In this document: positions 9,013-17,812 of the stretch, piece by piece | How the letters are laid out: every line of letters begins with the position of its first letter | Numbering within the stretch: position 1 is the stretch's first letter | Source of the DNA: Candidatus Methylomirabilia bacterium | Lineage (GTDB): Bacteria > Methylomirabilota > Methylomirabilia > Rokubacteriales > CSP1-6 | Reading direction: 5' to 3' | Length of the DNA stretch: 36,232 nucleotides | NCBI GenBank assembly: GCA_041497895.1 | Contig: JBGQHJ010000033.1 | Location: 1-36,232 of the forward strand | Notes under the pieces: model-generated | The model's database searches: none | Seen by the model: only the letters and a program-made list of their open reading frames with translations | Told to the model about the DNA's origin: nothing | Translations under genes and position numbers: made by a program

Positions 9013-9318
9013 GTGATGACGTCGTGGCCGCTGTCGCGCACGCTGGTGCTGGCGCTGATCCTCGCCCTGTCGGCGCTGACGCCGCTGGCCTACGCGGACC
9101 CACCGGACCCGACGTGGGTCAGCGGGTTCTTCGACGACGGCGACAACGACGATGCGGTGTTCCTGATCACGTCGAGCGCCGCCACCCTCGATCCCTTCCC
9201 GCTCGACGACTCCGCCCCGGTCCCGGTCCACGAGCCCGCCCCGGTCGGGGAGGACGCGCGACCGACCACCTACCTCTGCCTCTCCACCGCCGACGCCCGA
9301 GCCTCCCCGATCGCCTGA
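9013..9318 (+). CDS. Small secreted protein, putative RAPP-like (RASP) arrest-peptide leader ORF with an acidic motif
   Basis: GTG 9013/ATG 9016: signal peptide ending LAYA, then DPPDPTWVSGFFDDGDNDD, Pro-rich linker, C-terminal ADARASPIA; TTGACA (8980-8985) and TATGTT (9001-9006) upstream. Confidence 0.72.
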   Translation: MMTSWPLSRTLVLALILALSALTPLAYADPPDPTWVSGFFDDGDNDDAVFLITSSAATLDPFPLDDSAPVPVHEPAPVGEDARPTTYLCLSTADARASPIA

Positions 9319-9466
9319 GCCGCACCCTCCGCAGTCCGGGTAGCCGATCCGCTCGCGTTGCGCCCGTCGCTCCCACCCGAGGCCTCCGCCTCGGCGTGTT
9401 CGCGGGCCGGCGTGTCCTCCGCGGATGGCGGCCGGCGTCACGAGCTCATTCGACGGGAGGCGCACC

Positions 9467-9511
9467 ATGCGAGGGACCCGATTCGTTCTGCTGACCATGA
9501 CCACGGCGTGA
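9467..9511 (+). other. 14-aa mini-ORF with strong RBS (gene remnant or relay ORF)
   Basis: GGGAGG then ATG 9467: MRGTRFVLLTMTTA*, followed by 9514-9576 MLDVFALQRGEAVPTAVREA*. Confidence 0.35.
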
Positions 9512-9580
9512 CCATGCTCGATGTCTTCGCCCTGCAGCGGGGGGAAGCGGTGCCGACGGCAGTGCGGGAGGCCTAGGCCG

Positions 9581-11458
9581 ATGTGCGGCATCGCGGGATT
9601 CCTCGCGCCGCCCGGGCAGCGGGCGGACCGACGGCTGATCGAGCGCATGATCGCGACCCTGCGCCACCGGGGTCCGGACTCGGTGGGCTATCACGTGGAG
9701 GGGCGCGTGGCGCTGGGCGTGGCCCGCCTCCGGGTCGTGGACCTGGCGACCGGCGACCAGCCCCAGGCCAACGAGGACGGCTCGGTTCAGGTGGTGCTCA
9801 ACGGGGAGATCTATAACCACGCGGCCCTGCGGGAGGCGCTGCGGGGCGCGGGACACCGCTTCGTCTCCCGATCGGACACCGAGGTCGTCGCGCACGCGTG
9901 GGAGGAGCACGGCCCTCGCTGCGTCACCCTCCTCGACGGGATGTTCGCGGTGGCGGTGTGGGACGAGCGGAAAGAGCGTCTCTGGCTCGCCCGCGACCGC
10001 ATGGGCGAGAAGCCGCTCTACTACGCGGAGGGCGGGGGCGGGATCGTGTTCGGCTCCGAGCTGCGCGCGGTCCTCGCGCACCCGGCGACCGCCCGCTCGC
10101 TCGACCCGCGCGGGCTCTCGCGCTATCTCGCCTACGACTTCGTGCCCGATCCGCACTCGCTCGTCCGCGGCGTGCGCAAGCTGGGGCCCGGCGAGACCCT
10201 CAGCCGCGGCGACGGCGAGGCCGTCCTGACCCGGTACTGGGACATTCCCTTTCGTCCGGAGCCCGCGGTCGACGAGCGGCTCTGGGAGCACGAGATCCGG
10301 GTCCGGCTCGACGAGTCGGTGCGGCATCGTCTCGCCGCCGACGTGCCGGTCGGCTGCTTCCTGAGCGGCGGCATCGACTCGAGCGCGGTGACCGCCACCG
10401 CGGCCCGCCAGCGCGCCGGGATCCGCACGTTCTCGGTGGGCTACGCGGAGGGGCCGCACGACGAGCGGCGGTTCGCGCGCCTGGTGGCGGAGCGCTACGC
10501 GACCCGGCACGAGGAGCTCGTGATCACGGCCGACGACGCCCGCGGTCTCGCGCCCGACGTGGGCGCGCTGATGGACGAGCCCCTGGCCGACATGAGCTTC
10601 ATCCCGCTCCACCTGCTCGCGCGCGCCGCGCGCGCCAGCGTGACGGTCGCGCTGACCGGCGACGGCGGCGACGAGCTCTTCGCCGGCTACCCCACGATGG
10701 CGGCGGACTGGTGGCATCGTGGCTTCGGGCGCCTGCCGCGGGTGGCCCGCGTCGGGCTCGCGCGGGCGGCGCGGCGGCTGCCCGACCGTCTCGAGGGGCT
10801 GCGCGAGTTCCTGGTCGCGGTCGACTACCCGTCGAACGCGCGGAACCAGGCCTTGCTGGGCGGTCTCGCGCCGCCGCGCGCCGCCGACCTGCTCTCGCCC
10901 GCGACCCGCGCTGCGCTGGGCGACTTCGACGCCTACGGCGACATCGACGCGGCGCTCGCGTCGTGCCCGAGCCAGGACGTGCGCGACCGGTTGATCTACC
11001 GGTACTGCAAGCTCTACCTCGCGGGCCAGAACCTGGCCAACGCGGATCGCGCGAGCATGGCGGTGGGGCTCGAGCTGCGCGCGCCCCTGCTCGATCACGC
11101 GCTCGTGGAGCTGGTGGGGCAGATCCCGGCCCGGCTGAAGTTCCAGGGCTTCCGCGGCCTGAAGCGGCTGCTCCGGCGCGCCCTCGCCGACCGGCTCCCG
11201 CCCGAGATCGCGGCGCGCGGCAAGCAGGGCTTCGGCGTGCCGCTGGGCGCCTGGCTACGCGGGCCGCTCGCTCCCGTGCTGCACGAGCTCCTGGCCGAGT
11301 CTCGCCTCCGCGCGGCCGGGGTGCTCGATCCGGCCGCGGTCGGGCGGCTCGTCGCCGAGCACCGATCCGGCGCGCGCGACCACGCGCGGATCCTCTGGGC
11401 CCTCCTGGTCTTCGAGAGCTGGCGGACTCACTACCTCGGGGAGGGAGCCCTTGTCTAG
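9581..11458 (+). CDS. asnB: Asparagine synthase (glutamine-hydrolysing) family amidotransferase
   Basis: MCGIAG N-terminal Cys, RHRGPD, NGEIYN, SDTEV, RDRMGEKPLYY, LSGGIDSS, TGDGGDELFAGY, ELRAPLLD, KQGFGVP. Confidence 0.95.
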   Translation: MCGIAGFLAPPGQRADRRLIERMIATLRHRGPDSVGYHVEGRVALGVARLRVVDLATGDQPQANEDGSVQVVLNGEIYNHAALREALRGAGHRFVSRSDTEVVAHAWEEHGPRCVTLLDGMFAVAVWDERKERLWLARDRMGEKPLYYAEGGGGIVFGSELRAVLAHPATARSLDPRGLSRYLAYDFVPDPHSLVRGVRKLGPGETLSRGDGEAVLTRYWDIPFRPEPAVDERLWEHEIRVRLDESVRHRLAADVPVGCFLSGGIDSSAVTATAARQRAGIRTFSVGYAEGPHDERRFARLVAERYATRHEELVITADDARGLAPDVGALMDEPLADMSFIPLHLLARAARASVTVALTGDGGDELFAGYPTMAADWWHRGFGRLPRVARVGLARAARRLPDRLEGLREFLVAVDYPSNARNQALLGGLAPPRAADLLSPATRAALGDFDAYGDIDAALASCPSQDVRDRLIYRYCKLYLAGQNLANADRASMAVGLELRAPLLDHALVELVGQIPARLKFQGFRGLKRLLRRALADRLPPEIAARGKQGFGVPLGAWLRGPLAPVLHELLAESRLRAAGVLDPAAVGRLVAEHRSGARDHARILWALLVFESWRTHYLGEGALV

Positions 11459-12908
11459 GCGGCCGGCTCGCCTGGCCGGCGGCTGGCCGCCCGGGCCCGG
11501 ATGGATCGCTCTCGCGGCTGCGGTGCTGATCGGCGTCGAGCTCGGCGGGCGCGCGTTCACCACCAACGACCTGGCCCGCTTCCCGCTGCTCGCCCAGGAC
11601 ATCCTCGCGCGCGGCGACTGGCTCTGGCCCCGGCTCAACGGGGCGGGGTACTTCAACAAGCCACCGCTCCTGGCCTGGCTGATCGCGCTGGTCTCCTGGC
11701 CGGTCGGGCGGGTGACCGAGTGGACCGCGGTGCTTCCCTCCGCCGCCGCGGTGGTCGCCACCGTGCTGCTCACCTATGCGCTCGCGCGCGACCTGTTCGA
11801 CCCGGAGACCGGCCGCTTCGCGGCCCTCCTCGCGATGACCACCCAGGGGCTGTTCTTCTCCGCTCACCTCACGATGCCCGACGCCCTCATGACCTGCTTC
11901 ATCACCGCCAGCGTCTGGATGCTGGTGCGGATGACGCTCGAGCCGGCCCGCCCGTGGTGGATCGGCTTCTACGGCTGCGCCGGCCTCGCGTTCTGGGCGA
12001 AGGGACCCGCCGGCCTCCTGCCCCTGGCCGTCGGCCTCGTGTACGCGCTCGCGACCCGGTCGCGCCGGCAGTGGTCCCTGCGTCTCGGCCCGGGCGTGGC
12101 GATCGTCGGCGGCCTGGTCGCGCTGTGGTGGCTACTCGGCGCCACCGCCGACCGCCAGGCGGCGACGCAGGCGGTGCTCGTCGACCAGCTCGACTGGTAT
12201 CGCCACCGCGGGAGCGCGCTCGCGCTGCTGACCGCGCCGCTGCGGAACATGGCGATCGCCCTCTTGCCCTGGGGATTCCTGGCGCCCCTGGCGATCCCGC
12301 CCGCGGTCATCGCCTGCCGGCAGGGCGAGCCACGACGCCGGGTGCTGCTACCGCTCGTCTGGCTCGCGGTCACGGTCGCGCTGGTGGCGCTGTCGCACGA
12401 GCAGCGCCTGCGGTACTACGTCCCGGTGGCCCCGCCGATGGCGGTCGTCGCGGGCTGGTGGCTCGGCTCGTGGCTCGACGGATGGATGACCGGCGGCACG
12501 GCCAGGCCGGATCTGTCGCGCATCGCGGCCATCGGGGTCTGGCGCGCCCTGCCCGTCGCCTGGATCGTCACGGTCCTGGCGCTGGGTCTCGGCTATCACT
12601 GGGAGGTCACCCGGCACAATGCGGCGAGCTTCGCCCCCGTCGCCTCGCGGGTGAGGCCGCTCCTCGCGGACACGCCGGCGGTGGTGGCGTGGGGGATCCC
12701 GCCGCTGCCGCTGGCGTTCTACCTCGGCCGGCCGGTGACCGGCGTCCGATCGGAGGCGCAGCTCCGCGCGGCGCTGGAGCGTGATCCGCGCGCGGTCGTG
12801 GTCGCCTCCGAGGGCAACTGGGCCCGTCGGCGTGCGGTGGAGGCCGCGCCGGCGCCGGCGGAGCCGCCGCGCGTGGTCCTGGTGCAGCGGGACGCCCGGC
12901 GGCGCTGA
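11451..12908 (+). CDS. ArnT/PMT-like GT-C membrane glycosyltransferase
   Basis: GDWLWPRLNG..YFNKPPLLAW, MPDALM, AFWAKGPAG, RYYVP; many TM helices; TTG start overlaps asnB end. Confidence 0.85.
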   Translation: MSRRPARLAGGWPPGPGWIALAAAVLIGVELGGRAFTTNDLARFPLLAQDILARGDWLWPRLNGAGYFNKPPLLAWLIALVSWPVGRVTEWTAVLPSAAAVVATVLLTYALARDLFDPETGRFAALLAMTTQGLFFSAHLTMPDALMTCFITASVWMLVRMTLEPARPWWIGFYGCAGLAFWAKGPAGLLPLAVGLVYALATRSRRQWSLRLGPGVAIVGGLVALWWLLGATADRQAATQAVLVDQLDWYRHRGSALALLTAPLRNMAIALLPWGFLAPLAIPPAVIACRQGEPRRRVLLPLVWLAVTVALVALSHEQRLRYYVPVAPPMAVVAGWWLGSWLDGWMTGGTARPDLSRIAAIGVWRALPVAWIVTVLALGLGYHWEVTRHNAASFAPVASRVRPLLADTPAVVAWGIPPLPLAFYLGRPVTGVRSEAQLRAALERDPRAVVVASEGNWARRRAVEAAPAPAEPPRVVLVQRDARRR

Positions 12909-12918
12909 TCGCCGGCGG

Positions 12919-14079
12919 TCAGGACCAGAGGCGCCGGCTCGCGATGGCGGCGCCGTCGCGAAGGGCGCCGAGCTTGGCCCACACCACGCGGTGGGCCACC
13001 ATCTCCGAGCCCGCGAAGGTGCCGAAGCCGCAGTCGGTGGAGGCGATCACGCGCGTCCGGTCGCCCACCGCGTCGACCGCGGCGCAGATCCGGTCGGCCA
13101 CCACCTCGGGGTGCTCGACGTAGTTGGTGGTGGTGTCGATGACGCCGGGCAGGAGCAGCATCGTCTCGGGGAGGGGATGCTGCCGGAGCACGCGGTACTC
13201 GTGCTGGTGGCGCGGGTTGGCGAGCGGCAGCGACAGCGCCCCCACCCGCGCGCGCGCCACGATCGGCAATACCGCCTCGAGCGGCACGTCGTGGGTGTGG
13301 GGGCCGTCGTAGTTGCCCCAGCAGAGGTGCAGGCGGATGCGCTCGGCCGGAATCGCGGCGGTGGCCCGGTTGATCGCCTCCACGTGCAGCTCCACCATCT
13401 GGAGGAAGCGCTCGAGCGAGTCGCGGCGGAAGAACCGCGCGCGCTCCATGGCGAGATCCGGGCAGTCCACCTGCAGCAGCAGGCCGCGGGCGTGGATGAG
13501 CTCGTACTCCTTCCGCATCTCCCGGGCCAGCGCCATGACGTACTGCTCGTGCGAGGCGTAGTGGGCCGAGAGCAGGATGGTGGCGATCACCCCGGGGGAG
13601 GCCGCGGTCATGAAGCGCTCGACGAAGGGCCGGGGCCGCGCGTCGGTCTCGCGCAGGAACGCGTCGCACTCCCGGGCGGCCGGCCCGAGATCGGCGTACT
13701 CGATCTCGGCGACGGCCTGCGGCGCGTCGCCGATGCGGGCCGCGTCGCGCCGCCGCCGCGCCAGCATCTCCGCGTAGTCGGGGAAGTCGATGAGGTCCTG
13801 CGCCAGCTCCCGCCGGCTCGTCCCCCCGAAGCCCTTCATGCGCCGCGCCACGTAGGTGGAGAAGCCGGCGCGCGGCTGCTCGCCGTTGTTGCCGACGTCG
13901 ATGCCCGCCTCGAGCTGCCCGGTCACCACGCTCGCGAGCGCGGCCGCCACCTCACGCTCGAGCGCGGAGGGATCCACGGGCTCGCCCCGGTCCTGGCGGA
14001 CCAGGAGGTCGCGGAGCGCGGGTGGGCGCGGGAGGCTGCCCACGTGGGTGGTGAGGATACGCCGGTCGCTTCGCTGCAT
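12919..14079 (-). CDS. Cobalamin-independent methionine synthase II family (MetE catalytic-domain-like) protein
   Basis: TTHVGSLPRP, GIDVGNNGE, LQVDCPDL, HLCWGN, PGVID, STDCGF (Zn ligands). Confidence 0.9.
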   Translation of the reverse strand: MQRSDRRILTTHVGSLPRPPALRDLLVRQDRGEPVDPSALEREVAAALASVVTGQLEAGIDVGNNGEQPRAGFSTYVARRMKGFGGTSRRELAQDLIDFPDYAEMLARRRRDAARIGDAPQAVAEIEYADLGPAARECDAFLRETDARPRPFVERFMTAASPGVIATILLSAHYASHEQYVMALAREMRKEYELIHARGLLLQVDCPDLAMERARFFRRDSLERFLQMVELHVEAINRATAAIPAERIRLHLCWGNYDGPHTHDVPLEAVLPIVARARVGALSLPLANPRHQHEYRVLRQHPLPETMLLLPGVIDTTTNYVEHPEVVADRICAAVDAVGDRTRVIASTDCGFGTFAGSEMVAHRVVWAKLGALRDGAAIASRRLWS

Positions 14080-14103
14080 GGAGGGGTCGCTCCTGGCCGG
14101 GAG

Positions 14104-15003
14104 CTAGCCGGCCTTCGGGGTGATCTGGAGGAGCGGGGCGGGCTCGGTCTCGATCTGGATCGTGGTGTGATCGATGCCGAACCGGGCGTGGAGGATGACG
14201 TGGAGCGCCTCCAGGATCTTGTCGGACGGCGCGCCCGCCTCGACGACCACGTGGGCGCTCATGGCCTCGCGGCCCGAGGTGAGCGTCCACACGTGGAGAT
14301 CGTGGACCCGGCGCACGGAGGGGGCGCTCGCGAGGGCCTCCTCGATTTCGGTCACGTCGAGGTGGGCCGGCGCGCCCTCCAGCAGCACGTTGACGGTCTG
14401 GCGCAGCAGAGCCCACGTGCGCGGCAGGAGGAAGAGCGCGATCAGGGCGCCCGCGATCGGGTCCGCGATCGCCCAGCCGGTGGAGAGGATGATCACGCCG
14501 GCCACGATGACGACGCCGGAGCTGATCGCGTCGCCCATCACCTCGAGGTAGGCGCTGCGCACGTTGAGGCTCTCCCCCGCGCCTCCGTGCAGGAGCCAGA
14601 GCCCGGCGAGGTTCACCACGAGGCCGAGCACCGCCACCGCCAGGATGGGCCCGCCCGGCACGTGGGGCGGCTGCCAGAGGCGCTGGTAGGTCGCGACCAG
14701 GATGCCGATGGCCATCACGCACAGGAGCACGCCGTTGACGAGGGCGGCGAGGATCTCGACGCGGTAGTAGCCGTAGGTCTTGGCCGGGGTGGCGGGCCGC
14801 TCCGCGAACCAGACCGCGAGCAGGCTCAGGAGGACGCCGCCCGCGTCGACCAGCATGTGCACCGCGTCGGCGAGGAGCGAGAGGCTGCCCGCCCACAGGC
14901 CCACCCCGGCCTCCACCACCAGGAAGCCCGCGGTGAGCCCGAACACCGCGAGGAGCCGGTGCTTGTGGCGGGAGCCGTGGGTATGGCGATGGTGCGCGTG
15001 CAC
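14104..15003 (-). CDS. czcD: Cation diffusion facilitator (CzcD/ZitB-like Zn/Co/Cd exporter)
   Basis: His-rich start VHAHHRHTHG; LLADAVHMLVD, TYGYYRVEILAA, VMGD, LLEGAP, HDLHVW, HTTIQIE. Confidence 0.9.
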   Translation of the reverse strand: MHAHHRHTHGSRHKHRLLAVFGLTAGFLVVEAGVGLWAGSLSLLADAVHMLVDAGGVLLSLLAVWFAERPATPAKTYGYYRVEILAALVNGVLLCVMAIGILVATYQRLWQPPHVPGGPILAVAVLGLVVNLAGLWLLHGGAGESLNVRSAYLEVMGDAISSGVVIVAGVIILSTGWAIADPIAGALIALFLLPRTWALLRQTVNVLLEGAPAHLDVTEIEEALASAPSVRRVHDLHVWTLTSGREAMSAHVVVEAGAPSDKILEALHVILHARFGIDHTTIQIETEPAPLLQITPKAG

Positions 15004-15014
15004 GGTCGTCGCGC

Positions 15015-15533
15015 TCAGCGGGTCGCGGGCACGACCAGCTTGGCTTCTCCCTGGCGGATGCCCTGGCTCGCGAAGAACCCGGCGTGCGCCTCGAGAGCGT
15101 AGCGGAACTCGCCGAGCGGTCCGTAGAGCTCGGCCGGGCTCGGGTCCATCTTGAGGATCGCGAAGATTCGCCCGTCGTCCTTGACGAAGGCGATGTCGAG
15201 CGCGGCCGGCACGTTCTGCATGTGGAACTGGGTCAAGATCTCCCGGCCGAAGTCGAAGAGGATGAGGTGCCGCTTGATCTCGTCCGGCGTCGCGCACTGG
15301 AAGCCGCCCGCCTGGCGCTCGCCGCTGTCGGCCAGCTTCACGCGCAGGGCGAGGGTGCGGGGGCCGGCCTGGATCGAGACCATGCGCAGCGGCATGCCCG
15401 CGAACGCCTCGCGCCAGCGCGGGCACTCGGGATTCGGCGCCGCCTTGCCCGCCGAACTCTGGGCGGTGGCGGCCGGCGCGAGCGCGGCCAGGAGCAGGAT
15501 CGCCGCGGGCAGCGCGGCTCGGAGACGGATCAT
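15015..15533 (-). CDS. Exported DUF192 domain protein
   Basis: Signal peptide; LILFDF, FHMQNVPAALDIAFV, YALEAHAG; ATGA overlap with the upstream permease. Confidence 0.85.
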   Translation of the reverse strand: MIRLRAALPAAILLLAALAPAATAQSSAGKAAPNPECPRWREAFAGMPLRMVSIQAGPRTLALRVKLADSGERQAGGFQCATPDEIKRHLILFDFGREILTQFHMQNVPAALDIAFVKDDGRIFAILKMDPSPAELYGPLGEFRYALEAHAGFFASQGIRQGEAKLVVPATR

Positions 15534-16357
15534 GGGTGGACCTCCCGGGCGAACGGACGGGGTCGGCGGCGGGCCAGGCTCGCCGCGGCGAAGATCAGGA
15601 GCGCGACCAGCACCACCGCACCGCCCGCGGCCAGCCGCAGGTAGTAGGCGGCGATGAGCCCCGCGACCACGGAGAGCAGCGCGATGCCCACCGCGATGGC
15701 GGTGGCGGTGTGGAAGCTCCGGCCCAGCGCGAAGCCGGCGAGGGTGGGGATCACGATCATGGCCGACACCAGCAGCACGCCGACCATCCGCATCGCCACC
15801 ACGGTGGTGAGCGCGGTGAGCACGGTGAGCAGCAGGTTGAGGGCCCCGACCGGCACGCCGCTGGTGCGGGCCAGATCCTCGTTCAGCGTGATCGCCAGGA
15901 GCTGGCGGTAGAAGGCGCCGATCGCGACCGTGACGGTGGCGCCGAGCGCCAGGATGAGCCAGACGTCGGCGGGGGTGACGGTGAGGATGCTCCCGAACAG
16001 GATCGCGAACAGATCCGCGTTGAAGCCCCGGGCCAGGCTGATCAGGACCACCGCGAGGGCAAAGCCGCCGGAGAGGAAGACCGCGAGCGCCGCGTCCCCC
16101 TGGAGTGCCCCGCGCGCGCGCAGCCGCTCCATCCCCACCGCGCCGGCCAGGACCACCACGAGCGCGCCCACCACCGGCGAGATCCCCAGCACGAGGCCGA
16201 GCGCCACCCCGGCCAGCGCCACGTGGGCGAGGGTATCGGCGATGAGGGAGAGCCGGCGCGGGATCAGGAAGACGCCGATGGCCGGGCAGATCAGCGCGGT
16301 GACCACGCCGGCCGCGAAGGCCCGGTGCATGAAGCCGTACTGGAGGAACTCGGGCAT
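15530..16357 (-). CDS. znuB: Zn/Mn ABC transporter permease
   Basis: ABC-3 motifs RRLSLIADTLAHVALAG, LFGSIL, VGVLLVSAMIVIP. Confidence 0.9.
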   Translation of the reverse strand: MPEFLQYGFMHRAFAAGVVTALICPAIGVFLIPRRLSLIADTLAHVALAGVALGLVLGISPVVGALVVVLAGAVGMERLRARGALQGDAALAVFLSGGFALAVVLISLARGFNADLFAILFGSILTVTPADVWLILALGATVTVAIGAFYRQLLAITLNEDLARTSGVPVGALNLLLTVLTALTTVVAMRMVGVLLVSAMIVIPTLAGFALGRSFHTATAIAVGIALLSVVAGLIAAYYLRLAAGGAVVLVALLIFAAASLARRRPRPFAREVHP

Positions 16358-16360
16358 GGC

Positions 16361-17104
16361 CTAGTGCTCGTGGCTGACCACGCGCACCGCGGGGCCGTAG
16401 AGCGCGGTCAGGGCCGCGTCGCTCAGGAAATCGCCCGGGCGGCCGTGGAAGATCAGGCGCCGGTTGAGGCAGGCGAGCTTGGTGACCTCCTTGGCCACCA
16501 CGCCGATGTCGTGGCTCACCAGGATCAGGGTCACGTCGCGCTCCCGGTTCAGGTGGTGCAGCAGGGCGTAGAAGCTCGTCTGAGCCTCCGGGTCCACGCC
16601 GCCGGTCGGCTCGTCCAGGATCAGGAGCTCGGGCTTGGACACGAGGGCCCGCGCGATCAGCACCCGCTGCTGCTGGCCGGTGGAGAGCGCGCCGATGCGC
16701 GTGGTCGCGTGGTCCGCCATGCCGACCTGCCCCAGCACCTCGTCGATGCGTCGGCGGGCGGCGGCGCCGAGCCGGCCGAAGAGCCCCAGCGAGGGCAGGA
16801 GCCCGGTGGCCACCACCTCGCGCACCGTCACCGGCAGCGCGGGGTCGAGCGTGGCCTTCTGGGGCACATAGCCCAGGCGCCCCCACTGCCGGAACGCGCC
16901 GGGCGGATGCCCGAAGAGCCGGACCGTGCCGCGCGTCGGCGGCAGCAGCCCGAGCACGATGCGGAGCAGGGTGGTCTTGCCGGACCCGTTCGGGCCGATG
17001 ATGCCGAGGAAGTCCCCCGCGTCGACCGTCAGGTTGATCCGCTCGAGCACCGGCACCGCGCCGTAGGCGAAGTCGACGTCCTCGAGCTCGACGAAGGGCC
17101 GCAT
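16361..17104 (-). CDS. znuC: Zn/Mn ABC transporter ATP-binding protein
   Basis: GPNGSGKTT, GYVPQ, LSTGQQQR, LILDEPT, VSHD, CLN, C-terminal HEH. Confidence 0.92.
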   Translation of the reverse strand: MRPFVELEDVDFAYGAVPVLERINLTVDAGDFLGIIGPNGSGKTTLLRIVLGLLPPTRGTVRLFGHPPGAFRQWGRLGYVPQKATLDPALPVTVREVVATGLLPSLGLFGRLGAAARRRIDEVLGQVGMADHATTRIGALSTGQQQRVLIARALVSKPELLILDEPTGGVDPEAQTSFYALLHHLNRERDVTLILVSHDIGVVAKEVTKLACLNRRLIFHGRPGDFLSDAALTALYGPAVRVVSHEH

Positions 17105-17743
17105 CTAGCCCTGCACCCGGACCGGGTCATCCACCGGCCGGGGCGTCTCGCCATGCAGGCTGTCCCACCAGGCGCCGGCCGCCGCGCAGCCGCCCCCGAG
17201 CAGCACCCCGCCCAGCACGTCCGAGGGCCAGTGGGCGTTGAGAATCATTCGGGCGTAGCCCACCGTGCCGACCAGGGCCACCGCCAGCACGATCAGGGTC
17301 ACCCGCACCCGCGGCGAGACCGGCTCGCGCGAGAGCGTGTAGAGCAGGAGCATCGCGAAGGTCGCCGCCGCGGTGACGTGGCCGCTCGGGAACCCCCAGT
17401 GGAAGCCCCGGGGCCGCGGGCGGCCGACCAGGAACTTGAAGAGCTGCTCGAAGGCGCCCCCCACCGGCATCAGCGCGCCCCAGAGCCACCAGTGGCGCCG
17501 GGCCGTCCGCGACCAGGCGAAGACCGCAAGCATGGCGGGCCCGAGGACGACCCACTTGCCGCCGTAGTCGAGCCATCGCGCGGCCGCGTGGGCCAGGCTG
17601 CCGCGCGCCTCGAGGATCTCGCCGTGCAGCGCCGCGTCGCCGGGGAGCAGGCCGACCGCGTAGACCACGCCGCTCAGCCCGAGGAAGGCGCCCAGCATCA
17701 GCAGGCACAGCACGCGCCAGCGCGCGACGGCGGATACGTCCAT
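17105..17743 (-). CDS. PAP2-family membrane phosphatase (undecaprenyl-PP phosphatase-like)
   Basis: KFLVGRPRP, FPSGH, RMILNAHWPSDV; ATG 9 nt after TACAAT; stop abuts the znuC start. Confidence 0.88.
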   Translation of the reverse strand: MDVSAVARWRVLCLLMLGAFLGLSGVVYAVGLLPGDAALHGEILEARGSLAHAAARWLDYGGKWVVLGPAMLAVFAWSRTARRHWWLWGALMPVGGAFEQLFKFLVGRPRPRGFHWGFPSGHVTAAATFAMLLLYTLSREPVSPRVRVTLIVLAVALVGTVGYARMILNAHWPSDVLGGVLLGGGCAAAGAWWDSLHGETPRPVDDPVRVQG

Positions 17744-17812
17744 GGCGCTCACATTGTACTCGAACTCCGCGTGCCGCTTGCGGGGGCGCGGCGCAGTGTG
17801 CTGATCTGGGGC

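Noticed and set aside
9467..11458. asnB plus short upstream ORFs as a lasso-peptide cluster
   Set aside because: AsnB keeps an intact N-terminal Cys glutaminase domain, no B1/B2 (RRE/peptidase) genes are present, and the mini-ORFs lack a lasso leader/core pattern.
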